Source: an uncultured Desulfobacteraceae bacterium
GTDB taxonomy: Bacteria; Desulfobacterota; Desulfobacteria; Desulfobacterales; UBA2156
DNA length: 58,559 nucleotides
NCBI GenBank assembly: GCA_964596535.1
Contig: CAZQUR010000005.1
Span: forward strand, 1-58,559
Direction of reading: 5' to 3'
Positions 1 to 8,536 of this stretch are shown in pieces (positions within the stretch are counted from its first letter, which is position 1; every line of letters starts with the position of its first letter). The notes under the pieces were generated by a model. It saw nothing but the letters and a program-made list of their open reading frames with translations. It searched no databases and was not told where the DNA came from. The position numbers were made by a program, and so were the translations under genes.

Positions 1-64
1 CGAAGGATGCCGCGCAACGCCGCAGGTGGCCTTTTTACGAAGCCATTAAAAGAAAGGGACCGGC

Positions 65-1099
65 ATGTTGAAAGGATGCTTCACGGCATTGATCACACCC
101 TTTGCCGATGGTGCCGTCGATGATGACGGATTGAACCGACTGGCCGATTTCCAGATTCAAAACGGCATCTCCGGAATCCTGGCTGTCGGCACGACGGGGG
201 AAAGTCCTACGCTGAGCTGGGAAGAACACAACCGGGTCATCGAAACGGTGGCGAACGCCGGAAAAGGACGATGCGCGTGTATCGCGGGAACCGGGAGCAA
301 CAACACCAAAGAAACCCTCGCCGCCACGGAACATGCCGCCCGTGCGGGCGCGGACGCCGTTCTGCTCGTGGATCCGTACTACAACGGCCCCAGTTCCCTT
401 GAAATTCGACGGGAATATGTGGCTCCGGTGGCCGCGGCGTTTCCGGATCTTGAGGTGATTCCGTACGTCATCCCGGGACGCACCGGCGCCCAGTTGCTTC
501 CCGAAGACCTGGCCCTGCTGCACCGGGAATATCCCAACGTGGGTACCGTAAAAGAAGCCACGGGGGACCTTGCCAACATGCGACGCACCCGGACCTGCTG
601 CGGCGACCCCTTCACCATTTTATCCGGAGACGATCCGCTGACCTTTGAAATGATGACGGATCCCGGGATTCAAGCCGCCGGCGTCATTTCGGTGGCGTCC
701 AACGTGGCGCCCGGGCCTGTTTCCGAAATGGTGCGTCTTTTGGAGGAAAAAAATCTGGACGACGCCAAGGCCCTTGCCGACGCCCTCGCGCCCCTCTTCG
801 GCCTGGTCACCGTCAAAACCATGGAAAAAACGCCCTACGGCGAGGTCTTATGCCGGGCGCGGAACCCCCTGGCCGTCAAAACCCTGATGGCCGTCCTCGG
901 CATGCCCTCGGGAGGCTGCCGGCCGCCGCTGGGGAAAATGACAGCGGCCGGGCTGGAAAAAGTCCTGGCCGCGGCCCGAACCGTTCAGGCGAATAACCCC
1001 GAATTTTTTGAACCCATCGCCCGGTTTTTTCACGTGGACATCGAGGCCCGGATGGCCGATCCGGCATCCTGGAAAGGGCTTGCCTACACGTCATATTAG
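65..1099 (+). CDS. dapA: DapA-family class I aldolase (4-hydroxy-tetrahydrodipicolinate synthase-like)
   Basis: 344-aa ORF. FTALITPF...GILAVGTTGESPTLS N-terminus and VKEATGD (Schiff-base Lys context) are typical of the DapA/NAL family. It is about 50 aa longer than canonical DapA as I recall it, so the substrate is not certain. Confidence 0.75.
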   Translation: MLKGCFTALITPFADGAVDDDGLNRLADFQIQNGISGILAVGTTGESPTLSWEEHNRVIETVANAGKGRCACIAGTGSNNTKETLAATEHAARAGADAVLLVDPYYNGPSSLEIRREYVAPVAAAFPDLEVIPYVIPGRTGAQLLPEDLALLHREYPNVGTVKEATGDLANMRRTRTCCGDPFTILSGDDPLTFEMMTDPGIQAAGVISVASNVAPGPVSEMVRLLEEKNLDDAKALADALAPLFGLVTVKTMEKTPYGEVLCRARNPLAVKTLMAVLGMPSGGCRPPLGKMTAAGLEKVLAAARTVQANNPEFFEPIARFFHVDIEARMADPASWKGLAYTSY

Positions 1100-1141
1100 G
1101 CCTCGATCCACAAGGCCCGACGGGCCTTCCGGTCTATGGAT

Positions 1142-1930
1142 CTATCCTTGCACCGTTGGTGTTTCTTCGGCGTTTGCGGCGCCGGGCCTGAACAACACCC
1201 CTTTCAACCACTGCATGCCGAACTCCAGCAGCGCCACATCATCGGTGCGCAGCTTTTCCAGCGTCTTTGCATCCACCGGATACCGCTTCAAGAAACTGCT
1301 TTCGAACACAAACCGCCGAAACGCATCGATGTTGTAACTGACCATGAAAAACAGGGATTTGGCTTTTTCGGTCAGGTGGATGCTGGGCGGAAAAGAGCGT
1401 TTCCGCACCACCAGATCGGTCCACTGGGCATTGACGGCGTCGTGAAGATCCACCCCCTGGTCTTTGCGCCAGGATTCCACCGTCCATTCCTCTTCTTCCT
1501 CGAACCCGCGGCAGTGGGGCTCGTTGACGAAAAAGAAAAAGCCCTCGTCGTCCGCCCCTTCCCGGTGGACCAGGGACGCCACCCCCAAGGGGTAATAGCG
1601 GCAGGTGGTGGGCCGGTCCTGGTAGACGAGGCATCCGTCCTCCCGAACAAAGGGACACGACTGCTGCGCATCGTCCAGGAGCTTGAGAATCACCACCGGG
1701 AGGTCTGTTTTTTCCAGGAGATTGGGCTCCGTGTAAATGGACAAAAATTCTTCGGAAGAAAGTCCGAGGCGGTTTTTGAGCAAAATAATATCGTACGGCG
1801 TGAGGGTGATGGTGATTCCCCTGCAACAACGGGTAAAACAGGAAACGCCTTTATGGCACAGAAATCGAAAACGGCTTTTCAAGCCGATGCGAACCGGTGC
1901 GATACCGGCGGAAGAATCTTGGGACTCCAC
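1142..1930 (-). CDS. YkgJ-family cysteine-cluster protein (UPF0153, putative Fe/Zn-binding)
   Basis: 262 aa. Has CHKGVSCFTRCC followed by CPFV..DGCLVYQDRPTTCRYYP, the Cys pattern of the CxxCxxCC family. The plus-strand ORF 1136-2059 is its antisense shadow. Confidence 0.6.
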   Translation of the reverse strand: MESQDSSAGIAPVRIGLKSRFRFLCHKGVSCFTRCCRGITITLTPYDIILLKNRLGLSSEEFLSIYTEPNLLEKTDLPVVILKLLDDAQQSCPFVREDGCLVYQDRPTTCRYYPLGVASLVHREGADDEGFFFFVNEPHCRGFEEEEEWTVESWRKDQGVDLHDAVNAQWTDLVVRKRSFPPSIHLTEKAKSLFFMVSYNIDAFRRFVFESSFLKRYPVDAKTLEKLRTDDVALLEFGMQWLKGVLFRPGAANAEETPTVQG

Positions 1931-2049
1931 AGAAAAAATTCCTTTCTCTTTTTTTTCTTATCTTCACCGCCTTTTCTATCCGAGGTCCGCACCGATGTCA
2001 AACCCGGTTCGCCGCGCTCCGGGGCAGATGGGTACTTTTTCCGATTCCA

Positions 2050-2949
2050 TCATGATTGACAGAACCATTTTCGAAAACGACATCCGTGTTCCATGACAAT
2101 CCTGGCCAGCTCCTTCGTCAACGCCTCCAATCTCGCCGCATGCAGCGTGCCGCTTTGTTCGTCCATGTAAATCTTTGAAATTTCCGTGGGCAATACCAGG
2201 ATACGGGGATCCCAGCGTGTCAGGGTGCGGCAGAACGCGCCGCCGCCGCCGAAGACGTCGTTTTCCGCCACCGTGGTGGCAACGCCCGGAATCCGGATGC
2301 CCTTCAACCCGTCCAGCCAGGCCTGAACGGACCTCGTCCACCGGGACCGGTCGATGCAGCGGGTCCCCAGGTTGAACACCGGCGGTGCAGGGTGGCCGTT
2401 TTCGATTTGGCGATGCCGGCTGTAGGAATGCATGTCGTAGATCACACAGGCGCCGAAGCGATCCAACAGGATCCGGATCACCGTCCCCACCAATCGATAA
2501 AAGGCGTCGTACTTTTCCAGGCTCCGGTTAAGCGCCGTCCCATCGAGGGGACGTTCGTAGACGCGCCTCCCCCAGAACATTTCCGGGTTTACGGGCACGG
2601 CCGAGGTTCTTGGTCGATTCAGATCGTATTCCGCCCGGGAATCGAGCCCCCAGAGGGTGCTGGGGCATTCGCGGATGATCTGATCGGTGGCGGCGTCTTC
2701 TTCCGCGAGACGCTCGTTTTCCGAAAGCGTCATCAAGGGCAAAAGCGCGTCGCGCACCCGGTGTCCGCTGTGAATCGCACAGGTGATCCAGGGCACCGAA
2801 AGATCCAGGTCATAGGCGAATCCGTCCAGCGGGCCCGTACCCGACACCCGTTTCCGTGCCCTTAAAAACGCGAACATCTCCGGATCGAAGGGGATGTCCT
2901 TTGCTGCGGCCGCCTTCCGGGATTTTGGAGAGATCAGGGATCGACTCAT
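2050..2949 (-). CDS. N-formylglutamate amidohydrolase-fold (FGase family) hydrolase
   Basis: Track ORF trimmed to Met81 (ATG at 2949). This start overlaps the upstream stop as ATGA, which suggests translational coupling. Sequence CAIHSGH...DSRAEYDLNR...IYDMHSY resembles the FGase/HutG-like family as I recall it. Confidence 0.55.
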   Translation of the reverse strand: MSRSLISPKSRKAAAAKDIPFDPEMFAFLRARKRVSGTGPLDGFAYDLDLSVPWITCAIHSGHRVRDALLPLMTLSENERLAEEDAATDQIIRECPSTLWGLDSRAEYDLNRPRTSAVPVNPEMFWGRRVYERPLDGTALNRSLEKYDAFYRLVGTVIRILLDRFGACVIYDMHSYSRHRQIENGHPAPPVFNLGTRCIDRSRWTRSVQAWLDGLKGIRIPGVATTVAENDVFGGGGAFCRTLTRWDPRILVLPTEISKIYMDEQSGTLHAARLEALTKELARIVMEHGCRFRKWFCQS

Positions 2950-3935
2950 CTTAAATGGTATCGGCCAAGTGCGGAATCCACAATGGTGTGAACGAGCTGA
3001 CGGTATTCCTCCATGGGGCCTTCGGGGGACGTATGGTACAGGGAATAGATCTGGGGACTCCAGCTCTTGACGGGTTTCAGTCCCGGGATACCGTTGACTT
3101 CGATGATCCGTAGCCCGTCTCGGGTATCCACCCGCATGTCCACCCGGACGTGATCGAGACAGTGCAGCGCATCCACGGCGGCCTTGCATAATGCTTTGGC
3201 CTCGTCGGACCGGGTTTCGGGGATACGGATCTTTGTAATCCCCACGCCGCGCATGTCGCTTCTTAAAATGGGGTATTTCCCGTATCGGCCCCCTTCCACG
3301 ACGACCACGCCGGGGAGAAATTCCTGGTAATCGCCGTTTCCGATCATCAGCACGGTGTACTCGGGTCCCGGGAGGTAATCTTCGATGAGCGCCGGTTGTT
3401 CATACGTGCGGTGGATATGCCGCACCCGGGCCTCGAGGGCTTCCGGAGTGTGCACCACGCTGTCATCGCTGATCCCAACCGACCGGGACTCAAAGCTGGG
3501 TTTCACAAAGGCCGGAAAGGCAACGTCCGGAACCGCTTCACCGATTCCCACGGCATGATGGGCGGGCACCGCCACCTGACGGGAATGAAGGATTTGATGG
3601 GTCCAGGTCTTGTTGATCACCTGTTTCATGGTCAGGGAATTGGGTCCGATATACGGAATTTTTCTTTTGTCGAAGATGTCCGCCAGCCAGGCGTCCGCGT
3701 CCACATTGAGCCCGATGATGTCCTCCCGGTCGGAGATGTAATAAAGGGCGCTCCAGACAATGTCGTATTTCCGGTCATCGATGGCCCGCATGAAATCCGC
3801 CATGGTTTCCACAAAAGCGATCTCGGCGGATTTGCCCTTGGTGTTCAATGCGTCACACAGGGTTTTCGTCACCTCCAGGTTTCCCCATCCCTGGGCATCT
3901 CCTCCGGGTCCGGTGATGATCAGGATCCGCGTCAT
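2946..3935 (-). CDS. ATP-grasp ligase, D-alanine--D-alanine ligase-like
   Basis: 329 aa. Has an N-terminal Rossmann-like pre-ATP-grasp region, then FVKPSFESRSVGIS, ALIEDYLPGPEYTV and IIEVNGIPGL motifs typical of Ddl-type ATP-grasp enzymes. AGGAGA RBS lies in the 15-nt gap upstream. Confidence 0.7.
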   Translation of the reverse strand: MTRILIITGPGGDAQGWGNLEVTKTLCDALNTKGKSAEIAFVETMADFMRAIDDRKYDIVWSALYYISDREDIIGLNVDADAWLADIFDKRKIPYIGPNSLTMKQVINKTWTHQILHSRQVAVPAHHAVGIGEAVPDVAFPAFVKPSFESRSVGISDDSVVHTPEALEARVRHIHRTYEQPALIEDYLPGPEYTVLMIGNGDYQEFLPGVVVVEGGRYGKYPILRSDMRGVGITKIRIPETRSDEAKALCKAAVDALHCLDHVRVDMRVDTRDGLRIIEVNGIPGLKPVKSWSPQIYSLYHTSPEGPMEEYRQLVHTIVDSALGRYHLR

Positions 3936-3950
3936 GGTATTGGGTCTCCT

Positions 3951-4898
3951 TTATTCATTGAACATATCGTCGATGTCGAACAGATCCGGGATCCACCGGT
4001 AACGTCTCAAGGCATCCGCGGCTTCGGAGGACCAGGGCGCAACGATATTCGAGACGGCATCCACCTTCTCTTTTTCCCACGCAATTTTCGAAACAACCGT
4101 CATCTCCACCACTGTGTTTGGATGCCGGCGGCCGGCGGCGGCCTCAAACAAAGAATCGACCATGCGCTGATTCGGATCCAGGACGGTCACCTTTCCGGAG
4201 AGGCGGCGTTGGAGGCTTTTGCAGATGAGCTCCCGGCTGTACCCGAAGTGGGTGCAAAAAAGCGCCGCCAATACGTCGGTTTTCAAGGGGCCGAGCTTTT
4301 CCGCCGCCCGGTCCATGCACGCATCCACCAGTTGCACCACCGCATCACTCTCAGGGCCTTTTTCAATTCGGGTGGCCAATTGATCGCACGCCTGCACCGC
4401 GATCCGATTGGCGGGAATGCCTTTTTCAATCAGCCGCGACCGGTGCCGATCGGAGTCGATGGTGGTGACGGTCCCCAGCAGCAGCGCCCGGGCATGGGTA
4501 TTCTGCAAGAGCTGTTCATAGACCATGTCCACGCCGAAACGGACGATATCCACCACCGGGATCGCCTCCCGCCGGCGGAAACGGGTCCTTTCATAAAGTA
4601 CGGAGAGGGTGTTGCAGGCGATGAGGATCATATGGGGGGTAAAGCGCTGCATCCCTTCCAGGGCCCGATCGAAGACCCGGACCCGCGTATCCATGTCTTT
4701 GAGAGAATTGTATCCCCGGTTGGGTCCCGGCCAGGCATTGTAATAGATGAGGGACAGCCTGGAAAAAATCGGATCCTGTTTCACCCGGGCGGCGATCTGC
4801 GAAAAAATGGAAAAACCGCCGAGGCCCGAATCGGTGATCAAGACGACGACTTCGTCTTTTGAAAACAACGCGGCGATGTCCTTTTCCATGGGGGTCAT
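3951..4898 (-). CDS. Glutamate racemase-like (Asp/Glu racemase family)
   Basis: Has DSGLGG, IACNT and FCTHFGY motifs, equivalent to the MurI catalytic-Cys motifs. Start trimmed to ATG 4898 (alternative 4889), 4 nt after the upstream stop at 4903-4905. Confidence 0.7.
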   Translation of the reverse strand: MTPMEKDIAALFSKDEVVVLITDSGLGGFSIFSQIAARVKQDPIFSRLSLIYYNAWPGPNRGYNSLKDMDTRVRVFDRALEGMQRFTPHMILIACNTLSVLYERTRFRRREAIPVVDIVRFGVDMVYEQLLQNTHARALLLGTVTTIDSDRHRSRLIEKGIPANRIAVQACDQLATRIEKGPESDAVVQLVDACMDRAAEKLGPLKTDVLAALFCTHFGYSRELICKSLQRRLSGKVTVLDPNQRMVDSLFEAAAGRRHPNTVVEMTVVSKIAWEKEKVDAVSNIVAPWSSEAADALRRYRWIPDLFDIDDMFNE

Positions 4899-4902
4899 TT
4901 GT

Positions 4903-6141
4903 TTACCCCGGAAGTCCGTCGGCGATTTTTCGAGAAAAAAAATCGGTGACCCACGCCTCGGCCCATGTCGGGGCATCGTCCAGAGTCCCTTCCATGATCC
5001 GGGTCATCAATGCAATCAGGTGGCGGGAATGCTGGAGGGTGGTCAACCGGTTTCGGAACATGGCGGCCCCTTTGGGGGGCGCCGTCTCCAGTTCTTTGAG
5101 GATCGCGGCCATCTCGTTGTTAAATCCGGAGATCCCGTAATACTTGAGAAAGGCGTGCCAGGCGTCCGCCACCCCTTCCGGCCGGGAAAGGGGATCGGAA
5201 AGGGTGCTGAAGATTTTCAGGGCTTTTTCCTTTTCGGGGTGTTTAAGCCGCATGAGACCGTGGGGCCCGATGGCGTAAGGAATAATTCGAATGCCCGTCA
5301 GGCCGTTCGTTGAAATGCCGGCCTTCACCAGGTATCCCGTCTTCCGGTAGATTAGTTCCGTGGGCTGGAAAAAAATGAAATTGCCCAGGCTGAAACAGAT
5401 GGGAGCCCCTCCATGGATCCGGATCCCCTGGGGCACGTGGGGGTGATGCCCGATGATCAGATCCGCCCCGGCGTCGGCGATGCGGCAAAGGGCCTCCACC
5501 AGATACGGGGGGGGGAAGGGGATGTATTCCACGCCGCCATGGCAGACCACGATCACAACGTGGACTTCGGACCGAAGCCGCTTTACATCTTCGACGATCC
5601 ATTCGACTTCCCAGCCCAGAACACCGGGCAGATCCGGGGTTGCCGCGGTGAGGTCTTCTCCTTCCCCGAAGCTGAGCACACCGACCCTGACGTCGTTGAC
5701 CGTAACGATGGCCGGCGCCCGGGCTTCGGCCAGGGAGAGACCGGCGCCGGTGAAACGGATCCCCTTTTCAAAAAGAAGATCCCGGGTCTTGACGAACGCT
5801 CCGACACCGTAGTCAAAAACATGGTTGTTGCCCAGCGTGACGAGTTCAAAAGGCACCGCCGTAAGCCCTGCCACATGTTCGGGACGCCCTTTCAGGACCG
5901 CCCCGCTTTTGACCATCGGGACCCCTCCGTCCACCAAGGGAGACTCGAGATTCACCATCCGCAGATGGCTTTCCCGCAACACCGGCAACAGGTCCCCGTA
6001 AACGGCTTCGGGGTCCTTCAGGATCGGATCGCTGAAGCCCCGGATGGGGGCCCAATCCCCGGCGATCATGATCTCGGCGGCGGGGGATGCGCCCTTTTCC
6101 CGTTCCCAGGTCCCTGTTTTCCAATCCATCGAATGAATCAT
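4903..6141 (-). CDS. CapA/PgsA-like metallophosphatase-fold protein
   Basis: Has IMIAGDW, MVNLESPL, VTLGNNHVFDYG, VVIVVCHGGVEY and IIGHHPHVPQG motifs, as in CapA (poly-gamma-glutamate synthesis) family proteins. The first in-frame ATG is at 6141 (alternative 6129); the track start at 6183 is TTG. No obvious N-terminal signal or TM segment. Confidence 0.65.
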   Translation of the reverse strand: MIHSMDWKTGTWEREKGASPAAEIMIAGDWAPIRGFSDPILKDPEAVYGDLLPVLRESHLRMVNLESPLVDGGVPMVKSGAVLKGRPEHVAGLTAVPFELVTLGNNHVFDYGVGAFVKTRDLLFEKGIRFTGAGLSLAEARAPAIVTVNDVRVGVLSFGEGEDLTAATPDLPGVLGWEVEWIVEDVKRLRSEVHVVIVVCHGGVEYIPFPPPYLVEALCRIADAGADLIIGHHPHVPQGIRIHGGAPICFSLGNFIFFQPTELIYRKTGYLVKAGISTNGLTGIRIIPYAIGPHGLMRLKHPEKEKALKIFSTLSDPLSRPEGVADAWHAFLKYYGISGFNNEMAAILKELETAPPKGAAMFRNRLTTLQHSRHLIALMTRIMEGTLDDAPTWAEAWVTDFFSRKIADGLPG

Positions 6142-6208
6142 CTCTCGGGGGGTTGCTAAATTTGATCGTTTCCAATTTGGCAAAGAAATTATTTTGTAAT
6201 TTTGCCGG

Positions 6209-6300
6209 CTTCGTAAAAAGTGACGAAGACGGGATGCCGGCGAACGCCGGCATCCAGAAGCAATTCAAATTACTGGACCCCGGCTTTCGCCGGGGTGACG
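6209..6300. repeat. REP-like GC-rich hairpin cluster (three stem-loops, two followed by a GTGACGAA tail)
   Basis: Three stem-loops: CTTCGT/ACGAAG (6209-6228), GGATGCCGGCG/CGCCGGCATCC (6232-6255) and ACCCCGGC/GCCGGGGT (6277-6296). TGACGAA recurs at 6221 and 6296. The cluster lies between the alr stop and the CapA-like start. Confidence 0.6.
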
Positions 6301-6366
6301 AAAATGGCTTCTTTTGGGGTGTTTACGACGCCATCATTTTTACCTGGGCGTGCAATCCGTGGACGC

Positions 6367-7554
6367 CTACCGGATGTACACCCGCCGAACCCGGGATGTA
6401 ATCGACGAAACGGCCTCATAGTTGATGGTCCCGGCCAGGGCGGCGATTTCATCGGCGGAAATCGTTTCATCCCCCTGACGGCCCAAAATGACCACCTCGT
6501 CTTCGGGTGCCACCCCGGGAATGGCCCCCACGTCGATCATGGTCAAATCCATGCACACCCGGCCGACGATGGGGGCCCGAAACCCTCTCACCAGCATGTG
6601 CCCCTTTGAGGACAGCATTCGGTGGAATCCGTCGGCGTATCCCACGGGCACGGTGGCGATCCGGGTAGGCCGGGGCGTACGATATGTGCTGCCGTAACTC
6701 ACGGCGAATCCCGATCCCACGGACTTGACCTGGATGACCCGCGATTTAAGAGTCATGACGGGTTTCAGGGCGATGCGCGTTTTGTCCACCTGGTCCGACG
6801 GCCACAGTCCGTATTGGGAGATTCCCGGCCGGACCAGGTCCAGGTGGGTTTCGGGCATTTCAATGACGGCCGCGCTGTTGGCCGCATGTCGGAAGCGGAT
6901 TTCAAGGCCGGCCTTTTCAAGAGCACGTAACAATCCGGTAAATCGGGCGAACTGCTCCCGGGCATGGGTCTTGTCCGCCGCGTCCGCATTGGCGAAATGG
7001 GTGAAGACCCCTTCCATCTCCAGTCCCGGAAGGGAAGCGACGGTCAACACCTCCTGCACCGTGTCCGGGGGGCCTTCGTCTTGGTCCGGATTTCCGGGCA
7101 TGGGCACTGAAAGGAGGCCGAGGCGCCCCATGCCCGTGTCGATCTTGACATGGACCTTGAGTCTTTTCCCGATGGACAGGGCCTGTTCATTCAGCCGCCG
7201 GGCCGACGCCAGGGAACCGACGGAGACCCGGATATCGTTTGCGGCCATGTAATCCACGTACTCCGGAAGACTGTAGCCGAACAAAAGGATGGGAGCCGTG
7301 ATCCCGGCCTCCCGGAGGCGGAGGGCCTCATCGAACCGGGCCACCGCCAGAAACGTCGCCCCACACGCCAACGCCGTCCGCGCCACGGGCACGGCGCCGT
7401 GACCGTAACCGTCCGCTTTGACCACCGCCATCATAGCGGCCCCGGGAGCGGTGACCCGCTGCAATTCATGATAATTATGGGCCAGGGCCTTCAGGTCGAT
7501 CTCCGCCCAGGTTAAGGGCGGATACAAGGCGGCAGACTCGACGGTTCCGGACAT
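6367..7554 (-). CDS. alr: Alanine racemase
   Basis: Has the AVVKADGYGHGAV PLP-Lys motif and the C-terminal YGST...VPVGYADG...GRVCMD pattern. Start trimmed to ATG 7554, 1 nt after the upstream gene stop at 7556-7558. Confidence 0.85.
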   Translation of the reverse strand: MSGTVESAALYPPLTWAEIDLKALAHNYHELQRVTAPGAAMMAVVKADGYGHGAVPVARTALACGATFLAVARFDEALRLREAGITAPILLFGYSLPEYVDYMAANDIRVSVGSLASARRLNEQALSIGKRLKVHVKIDTGMGRLGLLSVPMPGNPDQDEGPPDTVQEVLTVASLPGLEMEGVFTHFANADAADKTHAREQFARFTGLLRALEKAGLEIRFRHAANSAAVIEMPETHLDLVRPGISQYGLWPSDQVDKTRIALKPVMTLKSRVIQVKSVGSGFAVSYGSTYRTPRPTRIATVPVGYADGFHRMLSSKGHMLVRGFRAPIVGRVCMDLTMIDVGAIPGVAPEDEVVILGRQGDETISADEIAALAGTINYEAVSSITSRVRRVYIR

Positions 7555-7555
7555 C

Positions 7556-8404
7556 TCAGACCCTTTGGCGCCCGTATGCCGTGGTATATTCCCGGAAAAG
7601 CGCCATGATCCGCCGGGTCCTTTCTCCGGGCTTCCCATCACCGACGCGGGTGTCATCAATGGTGACGACGGGAACAATTTCCTTGTTGGAGGCCGTGATG
7701 AAAACCTCTTCCATGGAATCGACTTCTTTCTTATCCACGTCCCTGAGTTCCACATCGAAACGATCGTTCACCAGGTTTAAAACCACGCTCCGGGTGATAC
7801 CGGGCAGGATATCCGAATTGGGCGTCACCAGTTTGTCTTTTTTGAAAAAGAAAATATTGGTGGTGGTACCTTCGAGGAGGCGCCGGTTCCGATCCACATA
7901 AACGGCTTCGATGCCTCCTTGCCGATGGGCTTCCTGGAGGGCCCACACCGCGGAAAGGTAATTGGTGCTCTTGGCTTCCGGAATGAAACGCTCGATGTTC
8001 AGGGTGATAATTTTGGCGCCGTCCGTGTACCACGATGCCGGGAGTTCCAGCTTGGGCGTCACCATCACTAGCAACTTCCCGTTCCCCTCCGGCGTCACAC
8101 CGTCCGAACTCACACCTCCCGTGTAGACGATCCGGATGTTCGATTCCGTGTGGTGGCTGTTGCGGCGGACCGTTTCATTCACCACTTCGCAGATTTCATC
8201 CGCGGTATGGTTGAGCTGGAGCCCGATTTTTTCCGCCGAATTCTTCAGGCGCTGCACGTGGTCTTCCGGATAAAAGGGCCGCCGGTTGTAGGTGATCAAA
8301 AAGTCAAAGACGCCGAACCCCCGGAGCACCGCCAGATCCTTTGCCGAAATGACCGCGCGGTCTTCGGTAACGAATTCTCCATCGATATAATACACATCCA
8401 TCAT
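7556..8404 (-). CDS. Class IV (D-amino-acid / branched-chain) aminotransferase
   Basis: 282 aa from ATG 8404, preceded by AGGAGG. Has the fold-type IV pattern (LRGFGVFDF, EAKSTNYL, LEGTTTNIFF, PGITR). A separate canonical ilvE is at 32574, so a D-amino-acid aminotransferase role is plausible but unproven. Confidence 0.7.
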   Translation of the reverse strand: MMDVYYIDGEFVTEDRAVISAKDLAVLRGFGVFDFLITYNRRPFYPEDHVQRLKNSAEKIGLQLNHTADEICEVVNETVRRNSHHTESNIRIVYTGGVSSDGVTPEGNGKLLVMVTPKLELPASWYTDGAKIITLNIERFIPEAKSTNYLSAVWALQEAHRQGGIEAVYVDRNRRLLEGTTTNIFFFKKDKLVTPNSDILPGITRSVVLNLVNDRFDVELRDVDKKEVDSMEEVFITASNKEIVPVVTIDDTRVGDGKPGERTRRIMALFREYTTAYGRQRV

Positions 8405-8536
8405 GACCTCCTTAAAGGGACATGCCCGACGGCACGGCTTGTTTTCCCGGCGGAATGCCGGAATATCATGCACCCCGGCCATGAAAGGAATGCAATGGTC
8501 GGGGTGCCGTGCGATTCAATTCGGCGTTTTCTGTAA

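Noticed and set aside
2950-3189. N-terminal 80-codon extension of the FGase-like ORF
   Set aside because: The extension overlaps the 3' end of the ATP-grasp gene in another frame. The internal ATG at 2949 gives a classic ATGA stop/start overlap, and the family-like sequence begins there.
3396-4862. 488-aa plus-strand ORF spanning the ATP-grasp and racemase-like genes
   Set aside because: It runs antisense to two minus-strand genes that have clear family motifs and crosses their intergenic gap. It is rich in Gly, Arg, Pro and His, with no recognisable motif. This is a typical shadow ORF of GC-rich coding DNA.
7555-7755. N-terminal extension of the alanine racemase ORF, with analogous extensions at 57015-57251 (prmA), 41265-41378 (thyA-like), 25941-26030 (SBP) and 26855-26977 (NagD-like)
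   Set aside because: The extensions overlap the neighbouring genes and have non-protein-like composition. Internal ATGs with an RBS, or tight junctions, coincide with where family-conserved sequence starts.
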